DNA of 64,000 bases from assembly GCA_041649175.1 (NCBI GenBank), contig JBAZNR010000001.1:71461-135460 (forward strand), given 5' to 3'. Every line of letters starts with the position of its first letter. Within the stretch, counting starts at the first letter, position 1. The DNA comes from Candidatus Omnitrophota bacterium. GTDB lineage: Bacteria; Omnitrophota; Gorgyraeia; Zapsychrales; JBAZNR01. The position numbers were made by a program, and so were the translations under genes. This document shows positions 1 to 9,654 of the stretch, in pieces. The notes beneath the pieces are model-generated. The model worked only from the letters and a program-made list of their open reading frames with translations, made no database searches and was not told the DNA's origin.

Positions 1-791
1 CAAGAAAACGCTGACTGAACAAATTCTCTTAAGCTGTGCGAAACCCCTGTCGCCACAATATAATCATCGGGCTTTTCTTGCTGAAGCATGAGCCACATCG
101 CCTGAACATATTCGGGAGCATAGCCCCAATCACGCGCAATATCAATATTTCCTAATCGCAATTTCTCTTTTGACCCCAAAGCAATGCGGACAACCGCAGA
201 AAGGATCTTTTTGGTGACAAAATTAGACGGCCGCAACACAGATTCATGATTGAACAATATTCCGCAGCAACAAAATAATTTATATGCCTCTCGGTAATTA
301 ACCGCCAGCCAATGTCCCGTAGCTTTTGAAATAGCATACGGGCTTACGGGATGTAAAACCGTCTCTTCTGTTGCCGGCAAACTTTTGACCGTACCGAACA
401 TCTCGCTTGAAGAAGCTTGATAAAATTTTGTCCTTGGAGATATTGTCCGTATGGTTTCTAAAATATTTAACGCGCTTTGAATATTGATATCTAAAGTACT
501 CATCGGCTCTTTAAATGAAAGCCCCACAGAACTTTGAGCTGCTAAATTATAGATTTCATCGGGACGAATTTGATCAATTGTTCTTTTAACTTTGGATAAG
601 CTCAGCAAATCAACTTTAACAAAGTCAATGTCGCGCGCGACATCTAAATATTTTAAATTCTTGATTTTCTCCGGTGACAAACTGCGCACAACACCGTAAA
701 CCTTATATCCTTTTTCTAACAAGATCCTGGAAAGATACGCGCCGTCTTGGCCGGTGATCCCCGTAATAAAAGCAATTTTATTTTTCTTCAT
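1..791 (-). CDS. gmd: GDP-mannose 4,6-dehydratase, truncated at its 3' end by the window edge (ATG at 789-791)
   Basis: Hand translation from 791 downwards gives MKKNKIAFITGITGQDGAYLSRILLEKGYKVYGV...YQASSSEMFG...SPYAISK...NHES, matching the Gmd short-chain dehydrogenase motifs (GxTGQDG, YxxxK). It is not in the ORF track because it runs off the window. Confidence 0.9.
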   Translation of the reverse strand, partial: MKKNKIAFITGITGQDGAYLSRILLEKGYKVYGVVRSLSPEKIKNLKYLDVARDIDFVKVDLLSLSKVKRTIDQIRPDEIYNLAAQSSVGLSFKEPMSTLDINIQSALNILETIRTISPRTKFYQASSSEMFGTVKSLPATEETVLHPVSPYAISKATGHWLAVNYREAYKLFCCCGILFNHESVLRPSNFVTKKILSAVVRIALGSKEKLRLGNIDIARDWGYAPEYVQAMWLMLQQEKPDDYIVATGVSHSLREFVQSAFS

Positions 792-799
792 AATTCAAC

Positions 800-1939
800 C
801 TAACTTTTGCTGTGTAGCAATTTTTTGTAAATATCCAAAGTTTTTTGGGCGGTCATATCCCAAGAAAAAAGCTTCGCCCGATCAAATCCATCCTGAATAC
901 GGCTGCTCTTACGGCTTTCTGATACAGCTTTGCCCAGCGATCTTATTAATTCGTCCTCATCATTGGGTGAAAAAAATATCGGGATATCTCCCGCTATTTC
1001 TATATTAGAAGGAATTGAAGATGCCACGATAGGACATCCACACGCCATAGCTTCAAGCAAAGGAATGCCAAATCCCTCGTACAAAGACGGATAAACGAGC
1101 GCAACCGCGCGATTATAGATCTGGCAAAGTTTCGCATCATCAATTCCGGATAACAGCTCGACCTTATCAAGAATCCCCATTTTTTTGTGCTGCATCTTTT
1201 CATCTTCGCTTAATGCCGGGCCGACCAATAAAAGATCGATATCATTTCGTAAAGACCATCGGGCATACGTCTTGATGAAAGTATCAAAATTCTTGTAATG
1301 CACCCGTGAGCCTATATAAAGCAGGAATGGTTTTTTTGTTTTCAATTCCGCGGAAATCACTTCAGAATTCAAAGGCTTGAAAATTTCACTACCAGCGAGC
1401 GGAACAACAAACGTCAATTCCTTTTTAACGTTGCAAAGCTTAATAACATCTTGCCGTGTTGTTTCGGAAATGCAAATAACCGCATCCGCCCGCTCCATAC
1501 ATAAACGTTTACGCCGGCAAAACTGTTCATTCATATGCCCTTTAAATAGTCCCGGAAAAAGCTCGTGGATCATATCAGCAGCGGTTACGGCCACCGGCCC
1601 CCGCCAAGAATGCGGCAACGTATAATAAGTAGAGTGCCAGATTTTATTTTTCGTATCGCTGATCCCCTTGGCTTTTAATAATCCATCCGCAATTATCCCC
1701 GCCATTGGCACAAGCGGTTTCCATAATCTCTGAGAGCGCAATAAACGAAATGCTTTAGTAATTTGACAATATTCGATACGTTCATGGATCAGCAATGGAG
1801 AGACTTTTTCGCTTAATAAAATTTGGATCATTAGGCGAGGATCCAACGAACACATGCGCGCCAGTGTTTCATGAAAAATACGCGAAATCCCTCCCTTGGC
1901 CTGTAGCTCGAATATCAATCCGTCGACCAGAACATTCAT
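800..1939 (-). CDS. GT4-family glycosyltransferase
   Basis: 379 aa with the EX7E-type motif EGFGIPLLEAMACGCPIV and a GT-B C-terminal domain. Confidence 0.8.
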   Translation of the reverse strand: MNVLVDGLIFELQAKGGISRIFHETLARMCSLDPRLMIQILLSEKVSPLLIHERIEYCQITKAFRLLRSQRLWKPLVPMAGIIADGLLKAKGISDTKNKIWHSTYYTLPHSWRGPVAVTAADMIHELFPGLFKGHMNEQFCRRKRLCMERADAVICISETTRQDVIKLCNVKKELTFVVPLAGSEIFKPLNSEVISAELKTKKPFLLYIGSRVHYKNFDTFIKTYARWSLRNDIDLLLVGPALSEDEKMQHKKMGILDKVELLSGIDDAKLCQIYNRAVALVYPSLYEGFGIPLLEAMACGCPIVASSIPSNIEIAGDIPIFFSPNDEDELIRSLGKAVSESRKSSRIQDGFDRAKLFSWDMTAQKTLDIYKKLLHSKS

Positions 1940-3168
1940 TGTTGGGATCCCTTTGCCGTTTTTAAAAGCGAATTTTCAATATTCTCGATCGCCTGTTTTA
2001 AATTGAGCTTCTTTTCAACGGTTTGCCGCGCATTAAGACGGATGTTTTCAAACAATTCCTGGTCGTGGAGCAGTCTTGATATTTGCCTCACACAATCACG
2101 CGCATTTTCTTTTGAGAAACACAAAGCATTTATTTCATCCGTTAATATTTCCGGAATTCCTCCGGTTTGCGTAGACACAATGCCTAAACCGCACGACATC
2201 GCCTCCAGTAAGGTAATGCCGAACGGCTCTTCCCAAATAGACGGAAAAACCAAAATATCATTTTGATGATAAATTCCGGGCAATTCCTCTTGCGCCACCG
2301 GGCCCAAAAAAGAAACGCGCTGGCTCAAGTTTAAATCAATAACCATCTGCCGCATTTGACGCTCGTATTCGGGCTGTGTAGAGCCGCCGACAACCTGAAG
2401 ATGAATAGCATCAGATGGATTTTCCCTTAAGAGCACGCCAAAGGCTTCTATGAGAGTGTGCAGGCCTTTGTGGCGCACGATCTGTCCGACATAAAGAATG
2501 CGCCGAGGCACTCGCTTAATAGCGTTATAGGAGAATTTTTCCTGGTCAATGCCCCAATAAATAACTTCAGCTCCTTCGGCTCCCATTTTGTGCGTTATGG
2601 CATTTCGTTTAAGATAATTGCTGGCAAATTGCACATAACGCAAATCCGGTGATTTTACACTCGTCTCTAAACTTAAGAGTCGAGCTATTGGACAAAGTAA
2701 GATTTTTGCTAATGCGACCATAAAGTTATTTTCAGTGTTCGCCCAGAAAGTGTTCCAGGGATTTTGTTGCCAATTTGCCAGCCAATCATCAAAGACGTAG
2801 TAGCAAATTGCCTTTTTCATGCGTTGAGCTACTGAGATCAGCGAAATGGAGATGTTCCCCATGTTCCAAAAATAAACAATATCAGGATCGAATTCGCCGC
2901 AAAGGCGCGAAAAAACGCTTTGATTATTTTTCTCCATACAAAACAACTTAAACAATTTCCCTATTTTACTCATTTCAAAAGGCGGCCGAAGATGTAACCG
3001 CCTTAAAACCTCATCTTGAAAAACCTGCCCGGAAACTCCGTAAGTGCTGGTTAAAACTTTAATGTGATGTCCGCGTTTTTTTAGCTGCTGAACAACATTA
3101 AAGCATCCTAATTCATATCCGCCAATGTGGTATGGCGGATAAAAATTTGAAACAACAAGTATTTTCAA
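1936..3168 (-). CDS. GT4-family glycosyltransferase (probable TTG start; the ORF extends to 3273)
   Basis: Motif EEPFGITLLEAMSCGLGIV. TTG-AAA-ATA-CTT (LKILVVSNF) starts right at the stop of the upstream methyltransferase and is preceded by GGGGA, which avoids a 109-nt overlap. Confidence 0.7.
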   Translation of the reverse strand: MKILVVSNFYPPYHIGGYELGCFNVVQQLKKRGHHIKVLTSTYGVSGQVFQDEVLRRLHLRPPFEMSKIGKLFKLFCMEKNNQSVFSRLCGEFDPDIVYFWNMGNISISLISVAQRMKKAICYYVFDDWLANWQQNPWNTFWANTENNFMVALAKILLCPIARLLSLETSVKSPDLRYVQFASNYLKRNAITHKMGAEGAEVIYWGIDQEKFSYNAIKRVPRRILYVGQIVRHKGLHTLIEAFGVLLRENPSDAIHLQVVGGSTQPEYERQMRQMVIDLNLSQRVSFLGPVAQEELPGIYHQNDILVFPSIWEEPFGITLLEAMSCGLGIVSTQTGGIPEILTDEINALCFSKENARDCVRQISRLLHDQELFENIRLNARQTVEKKLNLKQAIENIENSLLKTAKGSQQ

Positions 3169-3914
3169 GTGTTTTTCCCCGCGTCGATATAAACAGCTAG
3201 CCTCGTTCCCTGAATACGATAAATTTTCTTTTCGGATAATTTTTGATGTAAATAATCGGCAACCCCAGAGCACTCGGCGTGATCTGCCATCCAGATATAG
3301 TCATCCCAAATAATAACTCCGCCGGGACGGATCAACTTAAACGCATGTTCGGAATCAGATTTAACAAACTTGTACGTATGATCGGCATCCACAAAAACGA
3401 GATCCACCGTGCCATAGTAAGAAGAAAAATTAAATGTTCGGGAATCACCGAATAACTGCGTAATTTTTGGGGCAAACGGTGTTTTTAAAAAGAAATCTCC
3501 CGCCATATAGTCGGAAAATCCGCCAACACCTGTTCCGTGCTGATGTGTCGCTCGTGCTTCGGGAGCGATGTCTAATGTGAAGATCTTTGCCTGCGCGGAA
3601 ATATTCATCGCCATAATGAGCGTTGATGTTCCCCGGTAAGTTCCCATTTCAAAAATTTTATTCGGTGACAAGCGACGACAAACCGCGGCTAACGTTAATT
3701 GTCCGGCTAAAGACAAAACCATAGAATCCCCAGATAGAACTTGCGAAGCCGGAAGCTGAAGCGAGGAATCATTGATTCCTGGGAACAAATTCTCTATTGA
3801 TGCCGAAGACAGTAAAAAGCGTCTGTCGCCTTTTAAGTAATCGATCAACTTGCCGTAACGCAATAACTTTTTAACTCTTCGCAATGGCTTTTTTAATGAT
3901 GAGGCAATATTCAT
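3165..3914 (-). CDS. class I SAM-dependent methyltransferase (TylF/MycF-like sugar O-methyltransferase fold)
   Basis: LDIAPEA...VDLVFVDADH...GGVIIWDDY is typical of macrocin-O-MT-like enzymes. Start taken at the internal ATG (MNIASS...), 4 nt after the upstream stop. Confidence 0.6.
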   Translation of the reverse strand: MNIASSLKKPLRRVKKLLRYGKLIDYLKGDRRFLLSSASIENLFPGINDSSLQLPASQVLSGDSMVLSLAGQLTLAAVCRRLSPNKIFEMGTYRGTSTLIMAMNISAQAKIFTLDIAPEARATHQHGTGVGGFSDYMAGDFFLKTPFAPKITQLFGDSRTFNFSSYYGTVDLVFVDADHTYKFVKSDSEHAFKLIRPGGVIIWDDYIWMADHAECSGVADYLHQKLSEKKIYRIQGTRLAVYIDAGKNT

Positions 3915-3918
3915 TGAA

Positions 3919-4623
3919 TTATTCCTTTTGAAGCAATAAACATGCCAGGTGGTGTTTTTCATCCTTTAAAACTTTCTTAACCGGAAAAATGCGTTCTCCT
4001 GCTGACCAAAAGTCGCCCGAAAAGCATTGCCAATATTCCTGATCGATGATCTTCAATCCGCAATTTTTAACCCATCCTAAAACATTGTTCCTGGAAAACG
4101 ATTGCGTGATATACGTTCGGTTTGAACCTGCTGTTGATTCGGGTAGTTTGTAAACATTATCAATGTAGCGATTTTCCGTGTACGGACAGGTTAAAACTAA
4201 GAAACCTTTGGGTTCAAGCAGGTTAGCCATGTTTTTCATCGCGGAATTAAAATCACGGATATGCTCTAAAGTGCTGATACAGGTGATCAGATCAAATTTA
4301 TTTGCAAGTTTCGTATTAGCGATATCATCATTTATTACATAAAAGTGTTTATTGAACATGCCATATTTCGACCAGTATTCATAAATATTGTCAATGGCGG
4401 TAACTTTAAGCCCGCAAACCGACATGAGTTGCGGCAAAGATGATTTTCCAACTCCCACGTCCAAAACTGTTTTTGGGCAAACCTTCGCGATCGCATCAAA
4501 CACGAAACGATACTCAATACTGCGCTCATTGGGTTCAAATTGCTGCGCCTCATATTCTTTCTTGAGCATTTGACGGTAATAAGCTTTGCCGATTTTCTGG
4601 ATCCATGTTTTGAATATATTCAT
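3919..4623 (-). CDS. class I SAM-dependent methyltransferase (Methyltransf_11/12-like)
   Basis: LDVGVGKSSL...DLITCISTLEHI. Start chosen at MNIFKTW because an AGGAT sits 6 nt upstream; the longer ORF runs to 4674. Confidence 0.65.
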   Translation of the reverse strand: MNIFKTWIQKIGKAYYRQMLKKEYEAQQFEPNERSIEYRFVFDAIAKVCPKTVLDVGVGKSSLPQLMSVCGLKVTAIDNIYEYWSKYGMFNKHFYVINDDIANTKLANKFDLITCISTLEHIRDFNSAMKNMANLLEPKGFLVLTCPYTENRYIDNVYKLPESTAGSNRTYITQSFSRNNVLGWVKNCGLKIIDQEYWQCFSGDFWSAGERIFPVKKVLKDEKHHLACLLLQKE

Positions 4624-4636
4624 AACGTATCCTAAC

Positions 4637-5692
4637 TTATAAGTAGTTAACAATGCGTTGAGCAGCTTTTCCATCCCACAACGGCGGAATTCTTCCCTTT
4701 TTTACTTTTCCCGCAAGAATATTATCAACTTCGCGCTGTAATCGTTCGTAGGCAAATCCTATCAATTGATTTGTTCCCATATCAACCGTTACGGGGCGTT
4801 CGGTATTTTCTCTTAAGGTCAAACACGGCACATTAAGAAAAGTTGTTTCTTCCTGAATTCCTCCGGAATCCGTCACGACAACGGTAGCGCCTTTTTGTAG
4901 CTTTAGAAATTCTAAATATCCCAAGGGCTCAACGATCTGCAAAGCCGGATTGTTGGATAATAACTTTTCCATTCTTTGCCTGGTACGCGGATGAACGGGA
5001 AAAATGACCGGAATTTTCTGGCTGACAGCGGCCAGTGTTTTTATGATCTGCGAGAATATCTTTTCATCGTCGACATTGGAGGGGCGATGCAATGTCACTA
5101 AAGCATATTTTTGAGGAACTTTAAAATCTAAATCTTTTTTATCCGCTAATGGCAAAAGCTTAACTAAAGTATCGATCATGACATTGCCCACCAAATGTAT
5201 TTTACTTGCGCTGATTCCCTCTTTTTTTAAGTTTTCATCGGCATCGCTTGACGGCGTAAAAAGCAGGTCGGAAATTCGGTCGGTTACGATCCGATTCACT
5301 TCCTCGGGCATCGTTCGATCAAAAGATCTTAAGCCGGCTTCAACGTGTGCTACGGGAATTAATAACTTGGCGCACACTAAAGCCGCGGCAACGGTTGAGT
5401 TAACGTCACCGTAAACCAAAACCATATCCGGCTTTCTTTCTAAGGCAACTTTTTCAAAGCGCGTCATGATCTCAGCGGTTTGCGCGGCATGACTATTGGA
5501 GCCAACTTCCAGATTAATATCGGGTTTAGGCAGCCCTAACTGCTCGAAAAAGACTTCGGACATTTGCGCATCATAATGCTGACCGGTGTGCACTAAAAAC
5601 TGCTTAAAACCTTTTTGAGCACAAGCCTCGATGACCGGAGCTGCTTTCATAAAATTCGGCCTGGCGCCAACAACGTGTATGATATTTTTCAT
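4637..5692 (-). CDS. wecB: UDP-N-acetylglucosamine 2-epimerase (non-hydrolysing, WecB/MnaA family)
   Basis: MKNIIHVVGARPNFMKAAPV...HTGQHYD...PDINLEVGS...VHVEAGLRSFD...VHPRTR. Confidence 0.8.
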   Translation of the reverse strand: MKNIIHVVGARPNFMKAAPVIEACAQKGFKQFLVHTGQHYDAQMSEVFFEQLGLPKPDINLEVGSNSHAAQTAEIMTRFEKVALERKPDMVLVYGDVNSTVAAALVCAKLLIPVAHVEAGLRSFDRTMPEEVNRIVTDRISDLLFTPSSDADENLKKEGISASKIHLVGNVMIDTLVKLLPLADKKDLDFKVPQKYALVTLHRPSNVDDEKIFSQIIKTLAAVSQKIPVIFPVHPRTRQRMEKLLSNNPALQIVEPLGYLEFLKLQKGATVVVTDSGGIQEETTFLNVPCLTLRENTERPVTVDMGTNQLIGFAYERLQREVDNILAGKVKKGRIPPLWDGKAAQRIVNYL

Positions 5693-5693
5693 A

Positions 5694-6893
5694 TTATTTC
5701 TTTAGGGCGCGTTCAAAATCTTCGATATATCCTTGAGCAACCTTTTGCCAGGAGAATTTTTCCCGCATATTACGCACACCAACTTCTCCCATTTTACGTC
5801 GCACGTCTGCTTGCTGTAATTGCAACAACTTGCTGATCAAATCATCTAAATTATTTTCTTCGTAAAGCAAACCATTGCCGTTTACGCGCTCTACGACTTT
5901 GACACGATCGCTTAAAATTAAAGGCAAACCGCAAGAAGCCGCATCCAGCTGACTGGTTGATTCTTGCTTGGGCCACACCGCGATATCAGCAGCCTGATAA
6001 CACTGAGGAAGCTCATCGATCGTAACAAACGGGACAAAAACACATCCCTGATGTTTTTTTAATTGCTCACGATATTCCTCGGGTCCATCTCCAACAAAAA
6101 TAGCGCGATAAGGTTTCCCTTTTTTTACAAGTTGATCAATGGCCCGCGCTAAAATAAGCGGATCTTTACCTTCATGCAACCTTCCGGTATAAATACAAAC
6201 AATATGGTCGTCTTGAAAACCTAAACTGCGTCGAAAATTTAAACGCGCCTTCTGATCACATTCATACCAGGGTTTGAACATTTGCGTATCCGTTCCCAAA
6301 GAATGAACAACCGTTTTTTTATGGGAAAGCCCAAAATAATCCATAGCGATCTGAGCGGCATCAGTGCTGATCGCGATACAAAGTTCGCAAGTAGCATTTA
6401 ATAATTTTCCGCATAATAATTTATAAACCCGCCAATACAGCCAACGCTTAAGCGAACGTACCTTAACAAGCATCGGCGGAAATACCGACGCGTGAATATG
6501 GCATTCGGCAAATAATTTATATTTGAAAAATGGTTTGGCCAAAGCAAGCTCATAAGTCGGTTCAACCATAAGTCCAAAGCTATGAACAATATCAGGATTA
6601 ATTTCCTTGATCTTTCCGATAAGCCCGCGAATTCCTAAAGCCCGGCGTGGCCCCATGCGATACGGCAGGCGATGGAGCGTAAATCCCTTGTAAGGACGTA
6701 CACAACATTCCACAACCCCGGGACCAATGAACCGCTCAAAAATATCTTTGTAGTCCGGACTACCAAAATAAACTTGTGTATTGGATGTCACCAGATGAAC
6801 CTCATGGCCTAATTCCGCTAAAGCCTTCGGAAGAAAGCTAATGGAATAACCCATTTTTTCTGATAAGGACGCGGAAACAATAACGATCTTCAT
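5694..6893 (-). CDS. GT4-family glycosyltransferase
   Basis: 399 aa with GT-B architecture; C-terminal motifs AIFVGDGPEEY...ADIAVWPKQESTSQLDAASCGLPLI. Confidence 0.7.
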   Translation of the reverse strand: MKIVIVSASLSEKMGYSISFLPKALAELGHEVHLVTSNTQVYFGSPDYKDIFERFIGPGVVECCVRPYKGFTLHRLPYRMGPRRALGIRGLIGKIKEINPDIVHSFGLMVEPTYELALAKPFFKYKLFAECHIHASVFPPMLVKVRSLKRWLYWRVYKLLCGKLLNATCELCIAISTDAAQIAMDYFGLSHKKTVVHSLGTDTQMFKPWYECDQKARLNFRRSLGFQDDHIVCIYTGRLHEGKDPLILARAIDQLVKKGKPYRAIFVGDGPEEYREQLKKHQGCVFVPFVTIDELPQCYQAADIAVWPKQESTSQLDAASCGLPLILSDRVKVVERVNGNGLLYEENNLDDLISKLLQLQQADVRRKMGEVGVRNMREKFSWQKVAQGYIEDFERALKK

Positions 6894-6909
6894 TTAAACC
6901 CTTTATCTT

Positions 6910-7641
6910 TTACTTCTTAACCAGTAAAACATCTCGGCGCGTCAGAGAAAATGGCTGACGGATATCTTGGCGACACACTTTTCCTTCACAGCCCAATTTC
7001 ACTGCCTCACAAACGATATATTCGCAATCTAAAGCTAAATTATTATCCGCCGGTAGCTTTTTAACAAATTCCCTAAAGAGCCGGTCATATTCGCCGCGAT
7101 TCGCCTGAAATTGCTTTAGAATCTTTTCTTCCTCAGGTGTTTTTTTCTTTTGCTCAAATTCTTGACGGGCGCGGACATCGGGGATTTCCGCGATCAAAAC
7201 CCGTCCGCCGGGCTTACACACGCGGATCAATTCACTAACACATTGACTGATCTGTTTTTCATTTTCCAGATAATGGATAACCGCATACATAAGAACATGG
7301 TGAAAAGAATTATCTTCAAACGGCAATTGCAAAGCACTTCCCAAATGATATTCAATATTATTGATCTTCTCTAGGCGACAACGCTCTTTTGCCGCTTCGA
7401 TCACTTTTTGGGCCGCATCCAACGCGTGAATAAATTTACAGTGTTCGGAAAGCGGAATGGTCACAACTCCCGTGCCGCAACCGACGTCTAAAACAACATC
7501 ATTTTTCGTTACCGGTAATTTTGAACAAATATCGTCAATGATGATCTTTGATTCCACCGTAACCGGGCGTCCCGAATCATAATAAGCGCCCATCGCGACC
7601 ATTTGATTGAACATTTCAACCGCATCTCTATTGTCGTACAT
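6910..7641 (-). CDS. class I SAM-dependent methyltransferase
   Basis: VLDVGCGTGVVTIPL motif I, plus CKPGGRVLIAEIPD. Confidence 0.7.
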   Translation of the reverse strand: MYDNRDAVEMFNQMVAMGAYYDSGRPVTVESKIIIDDICSKLPVTKNDVVLDVGCGTGVVTIPLSEHCKFIHALDAAQKVIEAAKERCRLEKINNIEYHLGSALQLPFEDNSFHHVLMYAVIHYLENEKQISQCVSELIRVCKPGGRVLIAEIPDVRARQEFEQKKKTPEEEKILKQFQANRGEYDRLFREFVKKLPADNNLALDCEYIVCEAVKLGCEGKVCRQDIRQPFSLTRRDVLLVKK

Positions 7642-8690
7642 TAATACCTTCCTTTAAAATCCCGGATAAAATCATCAAAGATATGATCCGGCAAAGAAGC
7701 ATAAAGCGGAACGGGAACGCACTTTCTGTAATCAGGCTCAAACATATTGCGATTAACGTCAAAATGATAGATGCCGGTAAAGATATTTCGGGCCGACAAC
7801 CATCTTTGAACTTCTTTTAAGAATACCTCGTCTGAAGATAGGATCGGAAAGCACATCGGCGCCATCGTTTCTTCTTCGTCTAGCGGCAGGATGAAAAAAC
7901 GATGGCGCGCATTCTTTAACAGCGTTAAGAAATGTTTATTCTGCCTTTGAAAAACTTGTTGAATTTCTTGTGCACTGCGCGGCAGCCGGCCCCTGACAGT
8001 TGCCAGCGGAAAACTGACCAAAAGTGTTGCGTACCATTTTAATAGATCGATTTGCATGTCCTGATGTTCGCGATCTTTTAAAGGCGTATTGTAATAATTC
8101 AGATATTCCCACTCACCTAATAATGATTCACAACATTCTTTGACTGACGGTGCTCGGCTCAGCTCCTTCTCAATTACGCCAAGCAAAGAAACATCATTCA
8201 CCTTTAAAGCCCCGGCATAAGTCATCTCAAAGATCTTGGATAAAGAAAATATCGCGGTATCGCCGAAAGACCCCAGGGCTCTTCCCTGAGATTTTCCCCA
8301 TAAACCATGCGCGCAGTCTTCAATAATACGGATTTTCTTAGGGCGTAGAATATTTTCGGCTTTTGAATAGTTCTGTGGATAACCCCAGTGATGATAAAAT
8401 AAAACGGCTTTTGTGCGTTCTGTTAAATTTAACGACGGGCTAGCGATCTGATTCACAGAATCTAAGACGCACGTACTCATAAATCGCGGGACCAAAACTT
8501 CATCTTCTCGCCGAAGGCCAAAAGCTTTTAATGATAAAATAATTCCCGCGCGCCCTGCATTTGTTAGGAAAATGTTCTGGGATTGAAAATCATCCTTTAG
8601 CGCTTTAAGAAAGCGACCTTTATCCTGCCTAAAGAAATTTTTCCAATAAGTTACCCAATCAAGCGTCTCATAATAAAGATGTTGTTTCAT
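7641..8690 (-). CDS. DegT/DnrJ/EryC1-like PLP-dependent enzyme (divergent)
   Basis: FLTNAGRAGIILSLKAFGLRREDEVLVPRFMSTCV resembles the DegT N-terminus; FSLSKIF is a candidate PLP-lysine motif. Short (349 aa) and divergent. Confidence 0.45.
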   Translation of the reverse strand: MKQHLYYETLDWVTYWKNFFRQDKGRFLKALKDDFQSQNIFLTNAGRAGIILSLKAFGLRREDEVLVPRFMSTCVLDSVNQIASPSLNLTERTKAVLFYHHWGYPQNYSKAENILRPKKIRIIEDCAHGLWGKSQGRALGSFGDTAIFSLSKIFEMTYAGALKVNDVSLLGVIEKELSRAPSVKECCESLLGEWEYLNYYNTPLKDREHQDMQIDLLKWYATLLVSFPLATVRGRLPRSAQEIQQVFQRQNKHFLTLLKNARHRFFILPLDEEETMAPMCFPILSSDEVFLKEVQRWLSARNIFTGIYHFDVNRNMFEPDYRKCVPVPLYASLPDHIFDDFIRDFKGRY

Positions 8691-9634
8691 ATTTTTGGTC
8701 CTATTTTTTTGACTTGGAAATACGGAACAATACGCCCGCCATAACTTAATTTATAGGCAGCGCGTAGCGGACTATTGACACCAACCAGATCCAATTCTTT
8801 GCATCCCAACTGCTGGTTCAAGAAAACACAACTATCATGAAAATTCTTTGTCCCAACACCAAGCTCTCTAAATTTTAAATCCGTTCCCATGATCAAATGA
8901 TAGGCGCGATGACGATCATAAGCAAAAAAGCTTATCACCGCCGGCTCTTCATTGACGTAAGTGGCCAACAATTTCCCCGCTTTTACTTTTAGAAAATTCT
9001 CACAAGTTGAAATGAGGCTTTTGGCCTCCTCAGGTGAACGCTCAATCCCTTGGCGCTTAAAATTCATTTCGTGCAGATGATCCAACAATGGGATATCATT
9101 CGTTTCCTTTGTCGAAAATTGATACCCTTCATCTGTGCCTTTACGTAATTCGCGAATACGCAATCGTGCATAACCGTCCGTATTTTGAGGCTGCGAAATA
9201 TCTAACAAACTGGTATAACGGGTGGTGATCTGAAAGTATCCTTTTTCCCGTGTATGATAATTCACCCAGTCAAAGGGGCGCATATCAACAATATCCCAGT
9301 GATTAGGAAAATTAACTTCCTTGTAATGCTCAAAAAGATGATTCGCAAACGCCTCCAAAGCCAGGAAAACTGTTTCATTAAGACGGTACGGCGTATGTTC
9401 ACGTAGGTCTTTAAAGATAATTCCGCTCCAAACACCAAAAGGAGCTAATTTGATCCCTTCGTGGCTGTAAGCAAAACCAAACCCGGCAATAGCCTCCTCG
9501 CCTTTGTAGCAAATAAGATAATCCGTCGGAAGGCCGTCGCTGGACAAAGCAAAACTTTTGTTGAATACCGTGCCCTGCGGCGAGGCATCAACAAAGGCAT
9601 CCCAAAATTCTTGCGTGCATTTCTTAATTTCCAT
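8687..9634 (-). CDS. hypothetical; FemAB/GNAT-like acyltransferase fold suspected
   Basis: 315 aa with no strong motif. The two-lobed composition and its position in the glycan cluster suggest an Acetyltransf_6 (FemAB-like) type. Low confidence. Confidence 0.3.
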   Translation of the reverse strand: MEIKKCTQEFWDAFVDASPQGTVFNKSFALSSDGLPTDYLICYKGEEAIAGFGFAYSHEGIKLAPFGVWSGIIFKDLREHTPYRLNETVFLALEAFANHLFEHYKEVNFPNHWDIVDMRPFDWVNYHTREKGYFQITTRYTSLLDISQPQNTDGYARLRIRELRKGTDEGYQFSTKETNDIPLLDHLHEMNFKRQGIERSPEEAKSLISTCENFLKVKAGKLLATYVNEEPAVISFFAYDRHRAYHLIMGTDLKFRELGVGTKNFHDSCVFLNQQLGCKELDLVGVNSPLRAAYKLSYGGRIVPYFQVKKIGPKI

Positions 9635-9654
9635 AACTGAACCTTTTTTTGATA

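Noticed and set aside
152-337. 61-aa minus-strand ORF at the window start
   Set aside because: It lies inside, and out of frame with, the clearly conserved gmd coding sequence (1-791).
3165-3273. 109-nt overlap between the ORF-track glycosyltransferase (to 3273) and methyltransferase (from 3165) ORFs, which could suggest a frameshift or fusion
   Set aside because: It is resolved by a TTG start (LKILVVSNF...) immediately after the methyltransferase stop. No frameshift is needed.
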